A stretch of 61,111 bases of DNA, filler included, from Sphacelaria rigidula (Eukaryota): NCBI GenBank assembly GCA_964200075.2. It is 7 parts of 7 records of this genome, joined end to end, with 100 filler letters (N's around TTAATTAATTAA, not from the genome) between each part and the next. Parts side by side here need not be neighbours in the genome. Positions count along the whole stretch, not along the records: positions 52,469 to 61,111 come from CAXNAA020010503.1; 6 more parts are not named here. The stretch is one strand, 5' to 3'. A model generated the notes under the pieces. That model was not told the origin of the DNA. It did not search any database and saw only the letters and a program-made list of their open reading frames with translations. Below, piece after piece: positions 52,469 through 61,111 of this stretch; within the stretch, counting starts at the first letter, position 1, and each line of letters opens with the position of its first letter. Both the position numbers and the translations under genes were made by a program.

Positions 52469-52949
52469 GGATCATGCATACTTTTTTCACTTGAAATTGC
52501 TGCCGATTCAACAGAAGACTAACCTCGCGCTCTAAGGGTTAAGAAGGACCCTAAAGTCTACTGCCTCGCTCATCCCCCTCGCCAAAAAAAGACTACCCGC
52601 ACTTTGTTAAACCCCGTGTTCACAGGAGATTCTGAAAAATAGCAGCGACGGAAATGAACGGAAGTCGAAATTGTTCGGAATAAACACAGGATTTTACAAA
52701 CTGCTAATATGTATACTTCAGAAAGTCCACACATGGCGACCGGCGACCGAAGAAAGTATTTCGATGCTCGCTCAGGAACGTTCCCAAGACTAATCCTAGA
52801 ACACACGCAATTTGTGAAATCCCGTGTTACAACAGGAATAAAAGTTGGTCCTACATTTTCCACCAAGCGACATGCACTATCGGTTGATAAATCGGCCACA
52901 AAGGTCCGGTACATATATCGCCAAAAATACTGCTGCCCTGCTGACTACG

Positions 52950-53510
52950 AGCCGGGCCGGCCAAACGCGAATTTATGGTTTGCAGATCCCGTCCGACCTC
53001 AATTTTGCGAGTTGGACTTTGAAATTTGGTACGGAGGAAGAATAGGGCATGCTAACAAGCTGTTGATCGGATCGGGACGGAAAAAGTTATTTTCATCGTG
53101 GGTTAACCCTTTGACCGCGAGGGTAGGTCACCTGCTGAATCGACATCAGTTTCATTTGAAATAATTATGCATAGTTCAGATGGACTACGTTCGCGGGCCA
53201 AGGGCTACCCCGTTTGGAACCTACTAACGATTCTTGTTTTTGTGAATCGACATCATTGTGACTTGAAAATGACTGAAAATGATGCCGATTCACAAAAACA
53301 AAAACCGCCAGTGAGTTCCACATGGCAATAATCAGTACCTAGACTAGATATCATGGAAATGCCGTTGACTCACGACAATAAAAAAACTCTTTCCGTCCCG
53401 ATCGACAGCTTTTTAGCATGCCCTGTTCTTCCTCAGTACCAAATTTCAAATTTCGAAGTCCAACTCGCAAAAGTGAGGTGAGACGGGGCGATTCAGAAAC
53501 CGGGCCGGGT
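52950..53510. mobile_element. Long inverted repeat (~150-bp arms) enclosing two small MITEs
   Basis: 52950-53105 pairs with 53365-53510; the loop holds a piggyBac-like MITE (53107-53204) and a palindromic element (~53208-53325) whose end is also seen at 34981-35046. Confidence 0.75.
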
Positions 53511-54274
53511 AAAATTTGGAGAAATATTTTCCAGGCCATTTATCGGCAAAGGTTTGGTACTCGTGCTCTGAATCTTTCACGGGAACCGTAGGTAAGGTAC
53601 CGTACCGAGCGTACCCCGGGTATTTACCGGGGTATCCCATACCGTGGTATGCGTGGGTATCGTATATGTGAGTTTTGAAAATACCTGATTGAGCGGGTAC
53701 AGTAGGTATTGAAATTTTAAACACCGTGGTATCGTAGGTATTGTAGGTATGAGTTTTGAAAATACCCGGATGAGCGGGTACGGTACGTACTGGTATGTCG
53801 AATTACCGGGGTATCGTAGGTATGGCATTTGAAAATACCCGATCGAGCGGGTACGGTAGGTATTGACATCTCGAAATACCGTGGTATCGTAGATACCGTA
53901 GGTATGACATTTGGAAATACCCGATGGGTCGGTATCGCTAGGGTATGAGATGTCCCAAATACCAGTACCGGGTACCTGCCTTTCTCTCTATACCGGTTTC
54001 ACAACTGTCGTCCGGCAGTGCGGAGAAGCGTTTTAGATCCCTGTACGAGTTGGGCAGTCGATTTTTTTCATGTGCCCAAGGAGGGCAGCTACACCCTCAC
54101 CCGTACACAACGCACAACGCTAGCCTGCAAACCTCAAAGCATAACACAAACCCATCATGAGTATAACGGTAGAGTAAATGTGATCTCGGGAATGCCCAAC
54201 CAGCCGCATCAGTTTCGTCACCTGTACCAGCGCCCGCCAACGCAGGTGGGACGCAGCCATCAATTTCCCCCGTG

Positions 54275-55220
54275 TGTTATCGTTCGATCTATTCTGGACG
54301 CCGGTCTACACCTTTCGGTATATGTGGGCACACCAGCCGGGATCACGCAGGAGGAAGGTCAACACAGAGTTTTTAATTTCTTGTTTGTTTTTGGTACTGC
54401 AACTTCCTTCTGCGGTGCTTGTCTTTATTTTTTATCGCGAGAAGGGTTCAACAGTCTCTTTCCCTCGTCGACCGTCAAGTCCAATTTTGTGTACCCACGA
54501 CATACGAGCTGGGGCAGCTTGAAAGCGGCTAAAAGTTGCTCACACCAAAGCTTTCCCAGTTTCCCGAATGATCCCGATGTAAGCATATCACTGTGAACTG
54601 CAGACCCACCTGGTGACAAAGGGTTGCGTTGCTGTTCGATTGGCGTCGTATTGCTGATGACATTATTGTACTGCATAGAGTACGGGGTGCGCTTCATATC
54701 GTTGGGCAAAAGCGTGTCAGAGTGCCTTTTTTTTGCAATGCCGTGGGTTCACGTCAGCAGTCACCCCGCACTGGGTATTAGTGGGGTGCAGCAGCGTCAC
54801 GCAAAACGTTGCACGCACGGCCCAATTCGACGCTCTTGAGCTAAAATTTCACGAAGACCTTCTGTACCCAAGGAAATGATACATCCCAGGAGCAGCTGCA
54901 GATTCTCGTTTTTCGTGGACGACATTATCTCGTTTTTGCTGAGATTTCAAATCCCGATAACATCCTTTTTTTTTCTTTGCCGTTCTCGGTATGTTCTGCA
55001 CGTCGATCATAAAAAACTGCTGTCAAAATTTCAGCGTCCAACAACTAAATTTTGCGCCGTGCGTCGCCTGAACGAAAAAACCACCCATTGTTGGCTGGCC
55101 CAGCTCGTAGTGGCTCTCCACTGTTGGGCATGGTGTGAGAAAAAATCCCAGATTGCTCCGAGATTTGAACCCACGACCCAACCGTCAGAAGGTTCCAACG
55201 TTACCAACTCAGCCACCGGG
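54275..55220 (-). mobile_element. tRNA-derived SINE interrupted by a TA-MITE
   Basis: A-box TGGCTGAGTTGG, loop TTCTGAC and B-box GGTTCAAATC at 55220-55160; body continues at 54275-54504; colinear with 20461-20803. Confidence 0.8.
54505..55107. mobile_element. TA-flanked MITE, uninterrupted 603-bp copy
   Basis: TA|CGAGCTGGGGCAGC ... GCTGGCCCAGCTCG|TA; the SINE copy near 20690 shows the empty site. Confidence 0.85.
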
Positions 55221-56443
55221 TTCCCCCGTAGACGCTGACTAACGCTAGACCACAGCCGATGCTTGTTGACGTGAGCGGTGACAACGCTGAACGGAAAGGG
55301 CGTGAAAGGCAGCGGATGCGCCGTGCGACACGCCTGCGCCTCTGTTAAAAGTACCCGATTGGGCGGGTACGGTGAGTATTGACATCTCGAAAAACCATGG
55401 TACCGTGGGTATTGTAGCTACAGTATGAGTTTTGAAAATACCCGATTGGACCGGCGTTGGTAGGGTATGAAATGTCCCAAATACCGGTACCGGGTACTTA
55501 CCTTACCTACGGTGCCTGTGGGATCGTTGTGTGGGACCTCGCTAGGTTATAACGAACCGAAACAATGGGAAATGTTGATTTTTATAATATTCTTCGCTTG
55601 TTTGGGACGTTTCAGTATATATATATATATTTATGAAGACCATATTCTCACGAGAACGCCCATACCTCTCCAAAAAGAACGCCCATACCTCTCCCCCCCA
55701 AAAAAGTGCCCTTTTTTTTCTTGGGCATGCCTTTGCGATTCTTCATGATGAGTTTCAAATCTCAATTCTGAAAATTGAGCTGAATAACTAAGATGAGGTC
55801 CGAGAGCGTTGTCGATTTTCCCTTAGAACTCCCCTGAAAACCCGAAAAAAAAACAGCATGAAAAATATATTCTTCATGCACTAGCGATCCTCCGTACGAA
55901 TTTCAAATCACAGCTCTCAGAAACTGAGACGCAATGACGTCACCCTCACAAAAAATAAACTTTTTAACATTAATTAAGTAATTGAAGAATTTTGAGGATA
56001 GATGTTTGATTGGGATGGGAAATACATTTTATTTTTCGGACAAGGGGAAGACAATAATCCAGATTTAAGTGCATTTAGGGCCTCTGCTAAAATATATATA
56101 TAGATATTTTGATTTTAGTGTAGAACCTTGTGTGTGCCATATCTCGAGAAAGATGAATTAGGCGAAAGTGAGGGTATTTATCGTTTCCTCGTGCTCCAGG
56201 GGATGTCCGCACAAAAAATCGTCATCTTCCACGGTATATGTCGTTCGGGGTTTCATGTAGACTCTAGTATGGACGCCATCTACGTATGATTTAGGAATTA
56301 CTAGATATGGGATTCAATCAACGAGGAAAAATTGGCCCGGAATATGAACACATGGGCACCTTCCTCTTGATCAGACGATGAATACGATGTGGACCACGGC
56401 CCAACTCGTCTGTGAAGATGAGATATTGCTTTTGAGAGCTTAA

Positions 56444-56540
56444 CCCTTAGACCGCGAGGTTAGTCTCCTGTTGAATCGGCATCAATTTCGAATGAAAAAT
56501 GTATGCATGATTCAGAAAGACTAATCTCGCGGTCTAAGGG
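56444..56540. mobile_element. ~100-bp piggyBac-like MITE
   Basis: TTAA|CCCTTAGACCGCGAG ... CTCGCGGTCTAAGGG (perfect 15-bp TIR); the host copy near 4795 has an empty TTAA. Other copies: 52469-52538 (partial), 53107-53204, ~57137-57234, 60257-60359. Confidence 0.85.
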
Positions 56541-59500
56541 TAAAGGGTCAAATTCGCGTCTAGGCCGGCCCAGCTCGTATAGTATATCAACAATATTTAC
56601 ATATTTTCGGCCTAATATAATAAATGATGTTTTGTTTGAATATATAAGTATATATCGTCATGGGAAGCCCTAGTGCGAGTGATTGTACCACACAACGCCG
56701 ACTACTGCCTGTGCGGCATACCATAAGATCAAGCCCTGGGCAAATTCTTCGGGTTAATGTCGGGGGAGATGAATTTATGATTCCGGACCGTTCCAGCAAA
56801 GAAGGCCCAGCCACAAGAGAATATCGACCACAAGCAGACCGGTTGAAATATACAAACTCGTTGTCGAATCGTAACAACAGTAACAATTGTAGATCCGTCA
56901 CCAACATCTCAACTCAAGATGTACTGAGAACCTTTCGGGAAGCAGGCGACGAGGATGGCCAAAACGTGCGTGCGTGTTTGCTGCCCAAGCTCGACTCGGT
57001 GCCCACTTGAGCAAAAACGCGTGCAACCCGCGCTCTGGCAAGCACTTCAGGACTTCAGGACTGTCACTTACTCATACTACGAATATCAGGATTCAGATTG
57101 CCAAGTTCAGACAACAATCGCACGAAGTACATTTAACCCCGTGACCACCGGCACAAGTCATCTGTTGAATCGGCTTCAGTTTCACATGAAAAATAAGCCC
57201 ATGACTCAGATGCCCTACGTTTGGGGTCAACGCGGAAACTATTATAGTGTATAAGTTTCTGCTGACAAGTTGGCCGAGTTAATCCTTTGACCGCCTAGGA
57301 GATCATCAGGGTGTGGCAATTTTGAGTCAGAGCGATACTGTCACCCACCCTCAGAGAAAAAGGATAATATTTTCACCACCAGCGTGGCCTCATCTGGGCC
57401 CTGTCGTCATTCTTCCAAGCAAAAATAAAACCGATTCAACGGACGACTTACCCTCTGGCAACGTGTAGGTTCAACTTTGTTGATCAACAGCAGGGAAAGG
57501 CGGACGTGCAGAGGTACAGCTCATACTTCCGAAAGATTCAGGAAATTTCCTGGCGCGTTCGGGCCGTGCTAGATTTTCCCGCAAGGATGCGAATATTGGG
57601 CTTTATGGCGAGAGAAGGTGACAAAATGCAGAGAGCGGGTACAGACGGCAGAATCACACGCGTTTTGTCTCATCGTTTGTTTGCAGGGTGTTCCGAGGAG
57701 ATCGACCACCGCAGTAGAAGAATATCTCTCTGACACCATACTGCCGCAACAGTAGGTAGACACACCGCCGATGGGGTGGGGTTTGCGGAGGGAAAACGGA
57801 TCTCTGCAGTTGGGAGTTGGAGTTTTCACTCGTTTTCTGAAGCCATTACTTTTGATTTGGACCCAGAGTATCGCCAACCTTACGGTAGCGTGCACACAGT
57901 ACAGAAAACATCGCTACCGTGCCGTGGTTGCCGAACTCTCTGAGACTTCAGGGAAAAGTAAAGGTCAGCACCCCCCGACGGCAACGCACCATGACCGCAT
58001 GCAGCACTGCTGTGAAGTATTTCGTCTTGTCCAGTCCCACGATCCAGTCGTCTTGAAAAACAGTTGCAAGGAAGGGACCGAGAGAAAGGCAACACCCTGT
58101 TTTTTGTGTCGTACACCAGTGTACATACAGCTCAATTTTGTGTTCTGGTTTAGAGACACCCTATTTTTTCTGCTACTGCTGCTCTACTCCACCACCGTGG
58201 CGTGTACCCCCTCCACTTGCCCGACCACGACACTACCAGTCAAATCACGACGTGAAGCGCACACCCCACTGCCCCTGTCCTCACCGCCATGCCCCGCTAT
58301 AAACATCCCACACACTCACAGCATAACAGCTCCAACGAGAAAAGCCACGCCAGCAGCCCTGCTCAAAACTCGTAATCTCTCCCCCCGCCCTGATGGGTAG
58401 CAACTCTCGCTCCGTCCTGATGACTGACATCGGCATGTTGCCGCCGTTGATAAGCTATCCTTGACCTTCGCGGGGACAATGGCCGTAGCTACTGCTGTAT
58501 TGGGTCGCTTGGGTCGCTGCTCGTGCATCGTTGCTGTGAAGGGGGTGGCTTCTTCGGTACAGTATGCTTCGCGGGCTCTGAACTCTGGCTTACAAGAGGT
58601 TGACGACAGACGTTTTCGACGGGTAGTTCGACGCCTGCAGTACTTTGCTTGCCTTGATCATTGACGTGGTCCTCCTCCACCTATCTGATGCACGGGAAAA
58701 GAAGGAGAGCTGATGTATATCTTCTCACGTCCCTTTTGATTCCAGCTGTAACGGGTGAAGGATATGTAATATCTGGCTTCGCCTGTTTAGCATGCTGTGC
58801 GGAGGAACGACAGAACAAGGTGTAGGCGGCAGTGTACAGTAAGTTCGTCGTTTTCCATCGTATGTCAGTTTTGAGCCTTTTTCCAATTATCATATGATTT
58901 GGAGTGGCAGACCTTGGGCAGACTCGCAGCTCGACCATAACCTACGTCGTCTGAGTATTCATGTGCCAAGTAGGCCGCCATCTCCAATGAACTACAGTTA
59001 TAGACAGCGAAGAAGGACTCCAATCACTCAATGGTGCATGTTTTGACCCGATGACGAAGCCGGATTGCCACCAACCGTCGTAAACATGATCGCACCAACA
59101 GAAGCAAAATCGAGCAACAACTGCGTAGCTGGACCAGGGATAGCTCGCGAGTCCATACTGCGGACGGAAGGTGGTCCGTGCCATCGGAGCAGAACTCAGT
59201 ACCGCAGGCCACCTGACAACATCCACACAGTCGATAGATCAAGAACCACTTCCACTAATGACATTTGTATCGCAGCGAGCGAGGAAATCCCACCAGCAAG
59301 CACCGCGACAGATCTGCCAACGCGGCTGGTGCGACCCCCACACGTGTTTAGGTCGCATCTTAGGAGGAAAGACAACACGACGCGTCGAAAGCTGCAGAGG
59401 CTATCTCTGCGAGAAGTAATTCATCACTCCGAAAGGCTGCCCTCGCGGCCGACAAGTTGTTCAAGCAGCGAACAGGCTAAAGCCAAGGCCCACTATTGTC

Positions 59501-59879
59501 GACACTCTCTTTTTCGGAGCAGAATTTTTCAGACTTTTCGGAGTCGGCGTTCATACTTATCTGAAAACGAAGCGGCTTAATGGGTAACCACTAGCCGCTT
59601 CATTTTCGGAGAAATCCGAAAAATTCGGACTGCAACCCAGCACTTTGGCCAGCTGCTCTGTGTGTACGCTGTGATGATCGCAAGCGTTCGAGAGTCATCA
59701 GGTACTTTGCCTATCCGGAGAAAGGTGGAAATCTCGGGGGAAAAAGTGTCGCTAATAATGGGCCGAAGGGTAATTGCACTCGTGATATATCTGGACTATC
59801 ACGTCACACAAGCGGCAAGGCAAACGCCGCAGAGCCGAAGGCGACCAATAATCAGACCTGCATGCGCACCTTAATCATT

Positions 59880-61041
59880 TAGATGGACCTGGAGTATTCA
59901 AGGGAATGGTAAATTCCGAAACATCAAATACGAATAGGGCATACTTGTCGAAACCCGGCGGCAATACTTATGAGGTGGCGCAGATACTCCCAAAAGCTCC
60001 TAAATGAGAAAACGGATACCGCTGACCCCGCCATCGTGTTTTCCGCGGATCCCCACCACAGACCGCGATCTAGACGTTTCTGGCTGCGGCGCGGATCATT
60101 GAAGAGACCAAGCCAAGACATCCTGAAATGTCCGCGAATGAGAAGGCAACACGGGACCCGATGATGTATCTCCAGAACTGCTAAAACTAGGAATACGGGA
60201 GATTCACATACACCGCCCTGCAGATCGCAGTTCCACGCATGTACCTTTAAGGTTAACCCTTCGACCGCGAGGGTAGTTCATCTGGATTCTGCATACTTTT
60301 CCAAGTGAAATTGATGCCGATTCAACAGATAGATGACCTGTACCCTCGCTATCTAAGGGTTGAGATATTGGAGAAAACGAGCCCTCCCCCAGCCATGTAA
60401 GGATGCCGATGTCATGGTCATACACAAGAAGGAATAAAATGTATGAGGCATATCCGCGTTGTTGGGCAGGTAGTGTTGTAACTCCAGTACAATGACATAT
60501 CACTAGTGGCACGCCCGGCAGAGTGCAACTCGAGGTTGTGAACCGACTCAGCCCACACCTTGGGCGCCACAAATTCATTCCAGGAAAAGAACAGCGTAGG
60601 TTCCACCCCCGCCACTCGACATACTACATCATGGTGTACGTACGTATTCCGTGGACTGCAGGAGCTCCGCAGAGCTCAGAGCTCCACTGCTCCATATTTA
60701 TGTGCATGTTTTCTTGAATTAGCGATAGCGTGTATGACTCGGTTGACCGTACCCTCCTCCTCTGGACCATGCTCGCGCTGTTCGTAGTGTCCGCCAAGAT
60801 GATAGCAGTCATTCGCCAATTCCGCTACAATAAGATGCGGAGCTGTGTACGTGTGGATAACGGGGAGCCATCGGACTGGTATGAGATCGGACAGGGGCTT
60901 TCGACAAGGACGCGTGCTGGTGCCGTTGCTGTTCAACATCATTTTCATCGCTGTCCTCAGCACGATGAAGGAAGCGTTTCTACAAGACTAACTCTGTTCA
61001 GTCACAATGCCATGTTGCAAATGGTGGACAAAAAGACGTGA
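59880..61041 (+). mobile_element. Decayed RTE-clade LINE, reverse transcriptase region
   Basis: Fragments RWRRYSQKLLNEK, ANEKAT.., ISLVA..VVNRLS, EQRRFHP, RGLQEL and YDSVDRTLLLWTMLALF..KMIAVIRQF...MRSCVRVDNGEPSDWYEIGQGL follow the RT domain order; many frameshifts; interrupted by a MITE at 60257-60359. Confidence 0.85.
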
Positions 61042-61111
61042 GGAGGAGGAGGAGGAGGAGGGGATACAAGAAGGGGGGGACGGGGGGGGGGGGGGTACTC
61101 ATGATCATGCA

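Larger units (their letters stand above)
53578..55520. mobile_element. Composite CAC...GTG TIR element with GGTAC-rich internal repeats
   Basis: TIRs CACGGGAACCGTAGGTAAGGTA / TACCTTACCTACGGTGCCTGTG; flanks GAATCTTT / GGATCGTT (6/8 match); repeats of TTTGAAAATACCCGAT.GAGCGGGTACGGTA at 53580-53975 and 55350-55500. Confidence 0.7.

Noticed and set aside
53580-53975. Repeat array superficially like a CRISPR array
   Set aside because: Units are degenerate, there are no unique constant-length spacers or cas genes, the context is eukaryotic, and the array sits inside TIRs.
55150-55220. tRNA-like sequence (CTG loop) as a tRNA-Gln gene
   Set aside because: Acceptor and T stems do not pair well, and it continues into a repeated body shared with 20461-20803; it is a SINE head.

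Overview
Eukaryotic, intron- and transposon-rich DNA, most likely from a brown alga (Phaeophyceae), judging by the ROCO gene and the transposon families. The window is not one locus. It is seven unplaced contigs of 8646, 8646, 8644, 8644, 8644, 8644 and 8643 bp, sorted by size and joined by artificial 100-bp spacers (44 N + TTAATTAATTAA + 44 N). Supported genes: the last three exons of a ROCO-family protein (COR domain, coiled coil, C-terminal domain), four 5' exons of a probable BCS1-like AAA-ATPase, two low-complexity exons of an unknown gene, and an intronic antisense tRNA-Pro(AGG). Most of the rest is mobile DNA: a frameshifted Ty1/copia element with LTR, PPT and a nested insertion, a second Gag relic, RTE-like LINE relics and (CAAT)n-tailed ends, two tRNA-derived SINE families, and several MITE families with TA, TTAA or 8-bp target-site duplications (TSDs), often nested. 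The most unusual signal is an AT-rich, apparently intronless, decayed island (~27.2-29.4 kb). It carries an ORF matching the GxxExxY/PD-(D/E)XK nuclease motif pattern and is a candidate viral or bacterial insertion. All family calls come from motif recognition by eye; no database searches were run.
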